DNA of 64,000 nt, taken from contig OZ024742.1 in the NCBI GenBank assembly GCA_964016885.1, positions 13,578,001-13,642,000 of the forward strand. Reading direction: 5' to 3'. This DNA is from Eledone cirrhosa. Lineage: Eukaryota. How positions within the stretch are numbered: the first letter of the stretch is position 1; each line of letters opens with the position of its first letter. The position numbers and the translations under genes are program-made. Under the pieces are notes generated by a model, which was given only the letters and a program-made list of their open reading frames with translations, had not been told where the DNA came from and made no database searches. Below are positions 1-16,707 of the stretch, piece by piece.

Positions 1-3000
1 GATGTACTATAGTATACAGTGATATATAGATATACTGATGGACTATAGTGTATAGTGATATATAGATACACTGATGTACTATAGTGTACAGTGATATATA
101 GATACACTGATGTACTATAGAATATAGTGATATATAGATACACTTATGTACTATAGTATATAGTGATATATATATATATATATATACTGATGTACTATAG
201 CGTATAGTGATATATAGATATACTGATGTACTATAGTGTATAGTGATATATAGATATATTGATGTACTATAGTATATAGTGATATATAGATACACTGATG
301 TACTATAATATACAGTGATGTATAGATATACTGATGTACTATAGTGTATAGTGATATATAGATATACTGATGTACTATAGTGTATATTGATATATATATA
401 TACTAATGTACTATAGTATATAGTGATATATAGATACGCTGATGTACTATAGTATACAGTGATATATAGATATACTGATGTACTATAGTGTATAGTGATA
501 TATAGATATACTGATGTACTATAGTGTATAGTGATATATAGATATACTGATGTACTATAGTGTATAGTGATATATATATATACACTGATGTACTATAGTG
601 TATAGTGATATATAGATATACTGATGTACTATAGTATACAGTGATATATAGATACACTGATGTATTATAGTGTACAGTGATATATAGATTTACTGATATA
701 CTATAGTGTATAGTGATATATAGATACACTGATGTACTATAGTGTATAGTGATATATAGATACACTGATGTACTATAGGGTATAGTGATATATAGATATA
801 CTGATGTACTATAGTGTATAGTGATATTTAGATATACTGATGTACTATAGTGTATAGTGATATATAGATACACTGATGTACTATAGTATATAGTGATATA
901 TAGATATACTGATGTACTATAGTGTATAGTGATATATAGATATACTGATGTACTATAGTATATATTGATATATAGATACACCGATGTACTATAGTATATA
1001 GTGATATATAGATACACTGATGTACTATATTGTATAGTGATATATAGATACACTGATGTACTATAGTATATAGTGATATATAGATACACTGATGTACTAT
1101 AGTATATAGTGATATATATATATATACTGATGTACTATAGCGTATAGTGATATATAGATATACTGATGTACTATAGTGTATAGTGATATATAGATATACT
1201 GATGTACTATAGTATATAGTGATATATAGATACACTGATGTACTATAGTATACAGTGATATATAGATATACTGATGTACTATAGTGTATAGTGATATATA
1301 GATATACTGGTGTACTATAGTGTATAGTGATATATAGATATACTGATGTACTATAGTATATAGTGATATATAGATACGCTGATGTACTATAGTATACAGT
1401 GATATATAGATATACTGATGTACTATAGTGTATAGTGATATATAGATATACTGATGTACTATAGTGTACAGTGATATATAGATATACTGATGTACTATAG
1501 TGTATAGTGATATATATATACACTGATGTACTATAGTGTATAGTGATATATAGATATACTGATGTACTATAGTATACAGTGATATATAGATATACTGATG
1601 TACTATAGTGTATAGTGGTATATAGATATATTGATGTACTATAGTGTACAGTGATATATAGATATACTGATGTACTATAGTGTATAGTGATATATATATA
1701 CACTGATGTACTATAGTGTATAGTGATATATAGATATACTGATGTACTATAGTGTACAGTGATATATAGATATACTGATGTACTATAGTGTATAGTGGTA
1801 TATAGATATATTGATGTACTATAGTGTATAGTGATATATAGATATACTGATGTACTATAGTATACAGTGATATATAGATACACTGATGTACTATAGTGTA
1901 CAGTGATATATAGATTTACTGATGTACTATAGTGTACAGTGATATATAGATACACTGATGTATTGTAGTGTACAGTGATATATAGATACACTGATGTACT
2001 ATAGTGTATAGTGATATATAGATATACTGATGTACTATAGTGTATAGTGGTATATAGATACACTGATGTACTATAGTGTATAGTGATATACAGATACACT
2101 GATGTACTATAGTATATAGTGATATATATATACATTGATGTACTATAGTATATAGTGATATATAGATACACTGATGTACTATAGTGTACAGTCATATAGA
2201 GATATACTGATATACTATAGTGTATAGTGATATATAGATACACTGATGTACTATAGTGTATAGTGATATATAGATACACTGATGTACTATAGTGTATAGT
2301 GATATATAGATATACTGATGTACTATATAGTATATAGTGATATATAGATATACTGATGTACTATAGTGTATAGTGATATATAGATATACTGATGTACTAT
2401 AGTGTATAGTGATATATAGATATACTGATGTACTATAGTATATAGTGATATATAGATATACTGATGTACTATAGTGTACAGTGATATATAGATACACTGA
2501 TGTACTATAGTGTATAGTGATATATAGATACACTGATGTACTATAGTGTATAGTGATATATAGATACACTGATGTACTATAGTGTATAGTGATATATAGA
2601 TATACTGATGTACTATAGTGTATAGTGATATATAGATACACTGATGTACTATAGTGTACAGTGATATATAGGTACACTGATGTACTATAGAATATAGTGA
2701 TATATAGATACACTGATGTACTATAGTATATAGTGATATATATATATACTGATGTACTATAGCGTATAGTAATATATAGATATACTGATGTACTATAGTG
2801 TATAGTGATATATAGATATGCTGATGTACTATAGTGTATAGTGATATATAGATACACTGATGTACTATAGTATATAGTGATATATAGATACATTGATGTA
2901 CTATAGTATATAGTGATATATAGATACACTGATGTACTATAGTGTACAGTCATATATAGATATACTGATGTACTATAGTGTATAGTGATATATAGATACA

Positions 3001-4796
3001 CTGATGTATTATAGTGTATAGTGATATATAGATATACTGATGTACTATAGTGTATAGTGATATATAGATATACTGATGTACTATAGTGTATAGTGATATA
3101 TAGATATACTGATGTACTATAGTGTATAGTGATATATAGACATACTGATGTACTATAGTATATAGTGATATATAAGTATAATGATCTACTATAGTGTACA
3201 GTGATATATAGATACACTGATGTACTACAGTATATCTAAATATCACTATACACTATAGTACATCAGTGTATCTATATATCACGGTACACTATAGTAGATC
3301 ATTATACTTATATATCACTATATACTATAGTACATCAGTATGTCTATATATCACTATACACTATAGTACATCAGTATATCTATATATCACTGTATACTAT
3401 AGTACATCAGCGTATCTATATATCACTATATACTATAGTACATCAGTATATATATATATCACTATACACTATATGACATCAGTATATCTATATATCACTA
3501 TACACTATAGTACATCAGTATATCTATATATCACTGTATATTATAGTACATCAGTGTATCTATATATCACTATATACTATAGTACATCAATATATCTATA
3601 TATCACTATACACTATAGTACATCAGTATATCTATATATCACTATACGCTATAGTACATCAGTATATATATATATATATATATATATCACTATATACTAT
3701 AGTACATCAGTGTATCTATATATCACTATATTCTATAGTACATCAGTGTATCTATATATCACTGTACACTATAGTACATCAGTGTATCTATATATCACTA
3801 TACACTATAGTCCATCAGTATATCTATATATCACTGTATACTATAGTACATCAGTTTATCTATATATCACTGTACACTATAGTACATCAGTGTATCTATA
3901 TATCACTATACACTATAGTACATCAGTATATCTATATATCACTATACACTATAGTACATCAGTGTATCTATATATCACTATATACTATAGTACATCGGTG
4001 TATCTATATATCACTATATATTATAGTACATCAGTTTACCTATATATCACTATACACTATAGTACATCAGTGTATCTATATATCACTATACACTATAGTA
4101 CATCAGTATATCTATATATAACTATATACTATAGTACATCAGTGTATCTATATATCACTATATACTATAATACATCAGTGTATCTATATATCACTGTACA
4201 CTATAGTACATCAGTGTATCTATATATCACTATACACTATAGTACATCAGTATATCTATATATCACTCTATACTATAGTACATCAGTGCATCTATATATC
4301 ACCGTACACTATAGTACATCAGTGTATCTATATATCACTATACACTATAGTACATCAGTATATCTAAATATCACTATACACTAATGTACTATAGTGTATA
4401 GTGATATATAGATACACTGATGTACTATAGTGTACGGTGATATATAGATGCACTGATGTACTATAGTATAGAGTGATATATAGATATACTGATGTACTAT
4501 AGTGTATAGTGATATATAGATACACTGATGTACTATAGTGTATAGTGATATATAGGTATACTGATGTACTATAATATATAGTGATATATAGATACACCGA
4601 TGTACTATAGTATATAGTGATATATAGATACACTGATGTACTATAGTGTATAGTGATATATAGATATACTGATGTACTATAGTGTATAGTGATATATAGA
4701 TACACTGATGTACTATAGTGTACAGTGATATATAGATAAACTGATGTACTATAGAATATAGTGATATATAGATACACTGATGTACTATAGTATATA

Positions 4797-4828
<32 letters not shown>

Positions 4829-7800
4829 CTGATGTACTATAGCGTATAGTGATATATAGATATACTGATGTACTATAGTGTATAGTGATATATAGATATA
4901 TTGATGTACTATAGTATATAGTGATATATAGATACACTGATGTACTATAATATACAGTGATATATAGATATACTGATGTACTATAGTGTATAGTGATATA
5001 TAGATATACTGATGTCATATAGTGTATAGTGATATATATATATACTGATGTACTATAGTATATAGTGATATATAGATACGCTGATGTACTATAGTATACA
5101 GTGATATATAGATATACTGATGTACTATAGTGTATAGTGATATATAGATATACTGATGTACTATAGTGTACAGTGATATATAGATATACTGATGTACTAT
5201 AGTGTATAGTGATATATATATACACTGATGTACTATAGTGTATAGTGATATATAGATATACTGATGTACTATAGTATACAGTGATATATAGATACACTGA
5301 TGTATTATAGTGTATAGTGATATATAGTTTTACTGATATACTATAGTGTATAGTGATATATAGATACACTGATGTACTATAGTGTATAGTGATATATAGA
5401 TACACTGATGTACTATAGTGTATAGTGATATATAGATATACTGATGTACTATAGTGTATAGTGATATTTAGATATACTGATGTACTATAGTGTATAGTGA
5501 TATATAGATATACTGATGTACTATAGTGTATAGTGATATTTAGATATACTGATGTACTATAGTGTATAGTTATATATAGATACACTGATGTACCATAGTG
5601 TACAGTGATATATAGTTACACTGATGTACCATAGTATACAGTGATATATAGATATACTGATGTACTATAGTGTATAGTGATATATAGATATACTGGTGTA
5701 CTATAGTGTATAGTGATATATAGATATACTGATGTACTATAGTATATAGTGATATATAGATACGCTGATGTACTATGGTATACAGTGATATATAGATATA
5801 CTGATGTACTATAGTGTATAGTGATATATAGATATACTGATGTACTATAGTGTACAGTGATATATAGATATACTGATGTACTATAGTGTATAGTGATATA
5901 TATATACACTGATGTACTATAGTGTATAGTGATATATAGATATACTGATGTACTATAGTATACAGTGATATATAGATACACTGATGTACTATAGTGTACA
6001 GTGATATATAGATTTACTGATGTACTATAGTGTACAGTGATATATAGATACACTGATGTATTGTAGTGTATAGTGATATATAGATACACTGATGTACTAT
6101 AGTGTATAGTGATATATAGATATACTGATGTACTATAGTGTATAGTGGTATATAGATATATTGATGTACTATAGTGTATAGTGATATATAGATACACTGA
6201 TGTACTATAGTATATAGTGATATATAGATACATTGATGTACTATAGTATATAGTGATATATAGATACACTGATGTACTATAGTGTACAGTCATATACAGA
6301 TATACTGATATACTATAGTGTATAGTGATATATAGATACACTGATGTACTATAGTGTATAGTGATATATAGATACACTGATGTACTATAGTGTATAGTGA
6401 TATATAGATATACTGATGTACTATATAGTATATAGTGATATATAGATATACTGATGTACTATAGTGTATAGTGATATATAGATATACTGATGTACTATAG
6501 TGTATAGTGATATATAGATATACTGATGTACTATAGTATATAGTGATATATAGATATACTGATGTACTATAGTGTACAGTGATATATAGATACACTGATG
6601 TACTATAGTGTATAGTGATATATAGATACACTGATGTACTATAGTGTATAGTGATATATAGATACACTGATGTACTATAGTGTATAGTGATATATAGATA
6701 TACTGATGTACTATAGTGTATAGTGATATTTAGATATACTGATGTACTATAGTGTATAGTGATATATAGATATACTGATGTACTATAGTGTATAGTGATA
6801 TATAGATACACTGATGTACTATAGTGTATAGTGATATATAGATACACTGATGTACTATAGTGTACAGTCATATATAGATACACTGATGTACTATAGTGTA
6901 CAGTGATATATAGATACACTGATGTACTATAGAATATAGTGATATATAGATACACTGATGTACTATAGTATATAGTGATATATATATATACTGATGTACT
7001 ATAGCGTATAGTGATATATAGATATACTGATGTACTATAGTGTATAGTGATATATAGATATGCTGATGTACTATAGTATATAGTGATATATAGATATATT
7101 GATGTACTATAGTATATAGTGATATATAGATACACTGATGTAATATAGTGTACAGTCATATATAGATATACTGATGTACTATAGTGTATAGTGATATATA
7201 GATACACTGATGTACTATAGTGTATAGTGATATATAGATATACTGATGTACTATAGTGTATAGTGATATTTAGATATACTGATGTACTATAGTGTATAGT
7301 GATATATAGATATACTAATGTACTATAGTGTATAGTGATATATAGATATACTGATGTACTATAGTATACAATGATATATAGATGTACTGATGTACTATAG
7401 TATATAGTGATATATAGATACACTGATGTACTATAGTGTACAGTCATATATAGATATACTGATGTACTATAGTGTATAGTGATATATAGATACACTGATG
7501 TACTATAGTGTATAGTGATATATAGATACAGTGATGTACTATAGTGTATAGTGATATATAGATATACTGATGTACTATAGTGTATAGTGATATATAGATA
7601 TACTGATGTACTATAGTGTATAGTGATATATAGATACACTGATGTACTATAGTTTATAGTGATATATAAATATACTGATGTACTATAGTGTATAGTGATA
7701 TATAGATATACTGATGTACTATTGTGTATAGTGATACATAGTTATACTGATGTACTATAGTGTACAGTGATATATAGATACACTGATGTACTATAGTGTA

Positions 7801-10800
7801 TAGTGATATATAGATACACTGACGTAATATAGTGTATAGTGATATATAGATACACTGATGTACTATAGTGTATAGTGATATATAGATATACTGATGTACA
7901 ATAGTGTATAGTGATATATAGATATACTGATGTACTATAGTGTATAGTGATATATAGATACACTGATGTACTATAGTGTACCGTGGTATATAGATATACT
8001 GATGTACTATAGTATATAGTGATATATAGATATACTGATGTACTATAGTATATAGTGATATATAGATATACTGATGTACTATAGTGTATAGTGATATATA
8101 GATATACTAATGTACTATAGTATACAGTGATATATAGATATACTGATGTACTATAGTGTACAGTGATATATAGATATACTGATGTACTATAGTGTATAGT
8201 GATATATAGATACACTGATGTACTATAGTGTATAGTGATATATAGATACACTGATGTACTATAGTGTACAGTGATATATAGATAAACTGATGTACTATAG
8301 TGTATAGTGATATAGAGATATACTGATGTACTATAGTGTATAGTGATATATAGATATACTAATGTACTATAGTGTATAGTGATATATAGATATACTGATG
8401 TACTATAGTATACAATGATATATAGATACACTGATGTACTATAGTGATAGTGATATATAGATACAATGATGTACTATAGTGTATAGTGATATATAGATAT
8501 ACTGATATACTATAGTGTATAGTGATATATAGATATACTGATGTACTATAGTGTATTGTGATATATAGATACAATGATGTACTATAGTGTACAGTGATAT
8601 ATAGATATACTGATGTACTATAGAGTACAGTGATATATAGATATACTGATGTACTATAGTGTATAGTGATATATAGATATACTGATGTACTATAGTGTAT
8701 AGTGATATATAGATACACTGATGTACTGTAGTGTATAGTGATATATAGATATACTGATGTACTATAGTATATAGTGGTATATAGATATACTGATGTACTA
8801 TAGTATACAGTGATATATAGATATACCGATGTACTATAGTATAAAGTGATATATAGATATACTGATGTACTATAGAGTACAGTGATATATAGATACACTG
8901 ATGTACTATAGTGTATAGTGATATATAGATACACTGATGTACTATAGTGTATAGTGATATATAGATACACTGATGTACTATAGTGTATAGTGATATATAG
9001 ATATACTGATGTACTATATAGTATATAGTGATATATAGATATACTGATGTACTATAGTGTATAGTGATATATAGATATACTGATGTACTATAGTGTATAG
9101 TGATATATAGATATACTGATGTACTATAGTATATAGTGATATATAGATATACTGATGTACTATAGTGTACAGTGATATATAGATACACTGATGTACTATA
9201 GTGTATAGTGATATATAGATACACTGATGTACTATAGTGTATAGTGATATATAGATACACTGATGTACTATAGTGTATAGTGATATATAGATATACTGAT
9301 GTACTATAGTGTATAGTGATATTTAGATATACTGATGTACTATAGTGTATAGTGATATATAGATATACTGATGTACTATAGTGTATAGTGATATATAGAT
9401 ACACTGATGTACTATAGTGTACAGTGATATATAGAAACACTGATGTACTATAGAATATAGTGATATATAGATACACTGATGTACTATAGTATATAGTGAT
9501 ATATATATATACTGATGTACTATAGCGTATAGTGATATATAGATATACTGATGTACTATAGTGTATAGTGATATATAGATATGCTGATGTACTATGGTGT
9601 ATAGTGATATATAGATACACTGATGTACTATAGTATATAGTGATATATAGATATATTGATGTACTATAGTATATAGTGATATATAGATACACTGATGTAC
9701 TATAGTGTACAGTCATATATAGATATACTGATGTACTATAGTGTATAGTGATATATAGATACACTGATGTACTATAGTGTATAGTGATATATAGATACAC
9801 TGATGTACTATAGTGTATAGTGATATATAGATATACTGATGTACTATAGTGTATAGTGATATTTAGATATACTGATGTACTATAGTGTATAGTGATATAT
9901 AGATATACTAATGTACTATAGTGTATAGTGATATATAGATATACTGATGTACTATAGTATACAATGATATATAGATGTACTGATGTACTATAGTATATAG
10001 TGATATATAGATACACTGATGTACTATAGTGTACAGTCATATATAGATATACTGATGTACTATAGTGTATAGTGATATATAGATACACTGATGTACTATA
10101 GTGTATAGTGATATATAGATACAGTGATGTACTATAGTGTATAGTGATATATAGATATACTGATGTACTATAGTGTATAGTGATATATAGATATACTGAT
10201 GTACTATAGTGTATAGTGATATATAGATACACTGATGTACTATAGTTTATAGTGATATATAAATATACTGATGTACTATAGTGTATAGTGATATATAGAT
10301 ATACTGATGTACTATTGTGTATAGTGATACATAGTTATACTGATGTACTATAGTGTACAGTGATATATAGATACACTGATGTACTATAGTGTATAGTGAT
10401 ATATAGATACACTGACGTAATATAGTGTATAGTGATATATAGATACACTGATGTACTATAGTGTATAGTGATATATAGATATACTGATGTACAATAGTGT
10501 ATAGTGATATATAGATATACTGATGTACTATAGTGTATAGTGATATATAGATACACTGATGTACTATAGTGTACCGTGGTATATAGATATACTGATGTAC
10601 TATAGTATATAGTGATATATAGATATACTGATGTACTATAGTATATAGTGATATATAGATATACTGATGTACTATAGTGTATAGTGATATATAGATATAC
10701 TAATGTACTATAGTATACAGTGATATATAGATATACTGATGTACTATAGTGTACAGTGATATATAGATATACTGATGTACTATAGTGTATAGTGATATAT

Positions 10801-13140
10801 AGATACACTGATGTACTATAGTGTATAGTGATATATAGATACACTGATGTACTATAGTGTACAGTGATATATAGATAAACTGATGTACTATAGTGTATAG
10901 TGATATAGAGATATACTGATGTACTATAGTGTATAGTGATATATAGATATACTAATGTACTATAGTGTATAGTGATATATAGATATACTGATGTACTATA
11001 GTATACAATGATATATAGATACACTGATGTACTATAGTGATAGTGATATATAGATACAATGATGTACTATAGTGTATAGTGATATATAGATATACTGATA
11101 TACTATAGTGTATAGTGATATATAGATATACTGATGTACTATAGTGTATTGTGATATATAGATACAATGATGTACTATAGTGTACAGTGATATATAGATA
11201 TACTGATGTACTATAGAGTACAGTGATATATAGATATACTGATGTACTATAGTGTATAGTGATATATAGATATACTGATGTACTATAGTGTATAGTGATA
11301 TATAGATACACTGATGTACTGTAGTGTATAGTGATATATAGATATACTGATGTACTATAGTATATAGTGGTATATAGATATACTGATGTACTATAGTATA
11401 CAGTGATATATAGATATACCGATGTACTATAGTATAAAGTGATATATAGATATACTGATGTACTATAGAGTACAGTGATATATAGATACACTGATGTACT
11501 ATAGTGTATAGTGATATATAGATACACTGATGTACTATAGTGTATAGTGATATATAGATATACTGATGTACTATAGTGTACAGTGATATATAGATATACT
11601 GATGTACTATAGTGTATAGTGATATATAGATATACTGATGTACTATAGTATATAGTGATATTGAGATATACTGATGTACTATAGTGTACAGTGATATATA
11701 GATATACCGATGTACTATAGTGTATAGTGATAAATAGATACACTGATGTACTATAGAATATAGTGATATATAGATACACTGATGTACTATAGTGTACGGT
11801 GATATATAGATATACTGATGTACTATAGTGTATAGTGATATAGAGATATACCGATGTACTATAGTGTACAGTGATATATAGATATACTGATGTACTATAG
11901 TGTATAGTGATATATAGATATACTGATGTACTATAGTGTACATTGATATATGGCTATACTGATGTACTATAGTGTATAGTGATATATAGATACACTGATG
12001 TAATATAGTGTATAGTGATATATAGATATACTGATGTACTATAGTGTATATGATATATAGATACACTGATGTACTATAGTGTACCGTGATATATAGATAT
12101 ACTGATGTACTATAGTGTATAGTGATATATAGATATACTGATGTACTATAGTATATAGTGATATATAGATATACTGATGTACTATAGTGTATAGTGATAT
12201 ATGGATACACTGATGTACTATAGTGTACAGTGATATATAGATACACTGATGTACTATAGTGCATAGTGATATATAGATATACTGATGTACTATAGTGTAT
12301 AGTGATATATAGATATACTGATGTACTATAGTGTACAATGATATATAGATATACTGATGTACTATAGTGTATAGTGATATATAGATATACTGATGTACTA
12401 TTGTGTACAATGATATATAGATACACTGATGTACTATAGTGTACAGTGATATATAGATACACTGATGTACTATAGTGTACAGTGATATATAGATATACTG
12501 ATGTACTATAGTGTATAGTGATATATAGATACACTGATGTACTATAGTGTACACTGATATATAGATACACTGAAGTACTATAGTGTATAGTGGTATATAG
12601 ATATACTGATGTACTATAGTATACAGTGATATATAGATATACTGATGTACTATAGTGTATAGTGATATATAGATACACTGATGTTCTATAGTGTATAGTG
12701 ATATATAGATATACTGATGTACTATAGTGTATAGTGATATATAGATACACTGATGTACTATAGTGTATAGTGATATATAGATATACTGATGTACTATAGT
12801 GTATAGTGATATATAGATATACTGATGTACTATAGTGTACAGTGATATATAGATATACTGATGTACTATAGTGTATAGTGATATATAGATACACTGATGT
12901 ACTATAGTGTATAGTGATATATAGATACACTGATGTACTATAGTGTATAGTGATATATAGATATACTGATATATAGATATACTGATGTACTATAGTGTAT
13001 AGTGATATATAGATATACTGATGTACTATAGTGTACAGTGATATATAGATATAGTGATGTACTATAGTGTATAGTGATATATAGATACACTGATGTACTA
13101 TAGTGTACAGTGATATATAGATACACTGATGTACGATAGT
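1..13140. repeat. 36-bp tandem satellite array, consensus GATGTACTATAGTGTATAGTGATATATAGATATACT, running off the left window edge
   Basis: Directly visible 36-nt periodicity. The ORF track shows the matching 12-aa repeat YSTSVYLYITIH. The array ends at ...GATGTACGATAGT near 13140. Confidence 0.98.
3228..4383. repeat. Inverted block within the 36-bp satellite
   Basis: Monomers read ACTATACACTATAGTACATCAG, the reverse complement of the flanks. The repeat ORF switches to the + strand at 3266..4384. Confidence 0.95.
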
Positions 13141-13218
13141 GGATTTACTTGTTTTTTAATACGCATTGGTTTATTACATGTCTTGCCTTATATGTATGTT
13201 TGTGCGTATATATACATA

Positions 13219-13264
<46 letters not shown>

Positions 13265-13392
13265 CAAAGTTTTATTTAAATTGTTGGGTTACAACGAGTA
13301 AATATTTATAACTGATATAAAAGCACTCAACAAGTATTTGGAGTATATTTACGATATTAAATAAATGGAAAGTATATTTATAAAACCATATT

Positions 13393-13458
13393 TATTTCAT
13401 TATATATATTTCAGGGATATCATATTAAAAATATGGTATGCCTTCATCAGACAAAATA
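13393..13458 (-). ncRNA. Type I hammerhead ribozyme motif (F1)
   Basis: Reverse complement of the + copy at 13619-13684. Confidence 0.75.
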
Positions 13459-13618
13459 CAATATAAACAGTCTTATAAATAGATAGATTTGACATACCTT
13501 ACACTTCAACTTCCATTTAAAAAGTTGATTTTTAATCAACTTTTTAAATGGACTTTTTAAATGGAAGTTGAAGTGTAAGGTATGTGAAATCTGTCTATTT
13601 ATAAGACTGTTTATATCG

Positions 13619-13684
13619 TATTTTGTCTGATGAAGGCATACCATATTTTTAATATGATATCCCTGAAATATATATAATGAAATA
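13619..13684 (+). ncRNA. Type I hammerhead ribozyme motif (F1)
   Basis: TATTTTGT-CTGATGA-AGGCATACCATATT(TTT)AATATGATATCCCT-GAAA-TATATA-TA-ATGAAATA. Stem I is 8 bp with 2 GU pairs, stem II is a hairpin and stem III is palindromic. Confidence 0.75.
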
Positions 13685-13724
13685 AATATGGTTTTATAAA
13701 TATACGTTCCATTTATTTAATATC

Positions 13725-15079
<1,355 letters not shown>

Positions 15080-15267
15080 GATAAATCTACCAAGAGTTTA
15101 CGGTAGTGTCCAATCCGTATGAAGAACTCAATGTATTCCGGATATCATGGAAAGAAGAGATGTAATGAAAATCCAATTTCGGTGAAAGATAAACGGTATA
15201 CAGAGTGAAGATAAAATATTAAATAAATAATGAACAAACAATTCCTTATATTAAACAAAAAAAGTTC

Positions 15268-15416
15268 ACTATTTAACGATCGTTTCTAGGGTATATATGT
15301 GCTATAATTGGTATGCATATTTAACAGATCTATGTACAAAATTATACAAAATTATACAAATTATCAAGATTAAATATACATACCTAACTCATATATACGC
15401 CGTCTTCAGAAATAAT
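15268..15416 (-). ncRNA. Type I hammerhead motif with long stem II (F3)
   Basis: Mirror copy of 15418-15566. Confidence 0.65.
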
Positions 15417-15417
15417 G

Positions 15418-15566
15418 ATTATTTCTGAAGACGGCGTATATATGAGTTAGGTATGTATATTTAATCTTGATAATTTGTATAATTTTGTATAATTTTGTAC
15501 ATAGATCTGTTAAATATGCATACCAATTATAGCACATATATACCCTAGAAACGATCGTTAAATAGT
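15418..15566 (+). ncRNA. Type I hammerhead motif with 116-nt stem II (F3)
   Basis: ATTATTT-CTGAAGA-[CGGCGTATATATG...GGTATGTATATTTAA...TTAAATATGCATACC...CATATATACCCTA]-GAAA-CGATCG-TT-AAATAGT. Confidence 0.65.
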
Positions 15567-15623
15567 GAACTTTTTTTGTTTAATATAAGGAATTGTTTGT
15601 TCATTATTTATTTAATATTTTAT

Positions 15624-16153
<530 letters not shown>

Positions 16154-16707
16154 CACATAGTTTATGCATATACATGTGTGTGAATGTGTGCGTAGTATGA
16201 GCATGTGTAGTCTTCTGTCCCATTTGTGAACATATGTAAAATGCATTTACGTATGTATATGTGTATACCTATATATATGCCATACGTAAGTGCATATATA
16301 AAAGTCTGTGTAGATATTGTCAGAAGAAATTATCTGATAATCAGATAGTAATACCATGAGCTTGGATGGATAAAGGCTTTTTGCTAAGCTCTGTCTAACT
16401 TGTCTCGATTCAACATTGCAACAAACCAGATTGCTTCCACTTACCTGAATCTAACACAGCCGTAGTCGGTATCCAACATGACATCAAAGTGAATTTTCTT
16501 ACATAAATATACTTAATTCTTCAAAATGTCGGAAATTCAGTGTCCAATCGATAAGGTATCACGCACACAAACATACATGAACTATGTATGTGTGTATATA
16601 TATATATATATATAATATATATATACTCTTTTACTCTTTTACTCTTTTACCTGTTCCAGCCATCCGGCTGAGGCCATGCTGGGGCACCGCCCTTGTTGCT
16701 ACTCATT

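Noticed and set aside
403-13126. Long ORFs of repeated YSTSVYLYITIH / YTIVHQYIYISL
   Set aside because: By-product of a 36-bp satellite lacking stops in two frames. The ORFs flip strand with the inversion and tolerate frameshifts.
1-13140. CRISPR array (36-bp repeat length)
   Set aside because: Monomers are contiguous with no unique spacers, there are no cas genes and the context is eukaryotic.
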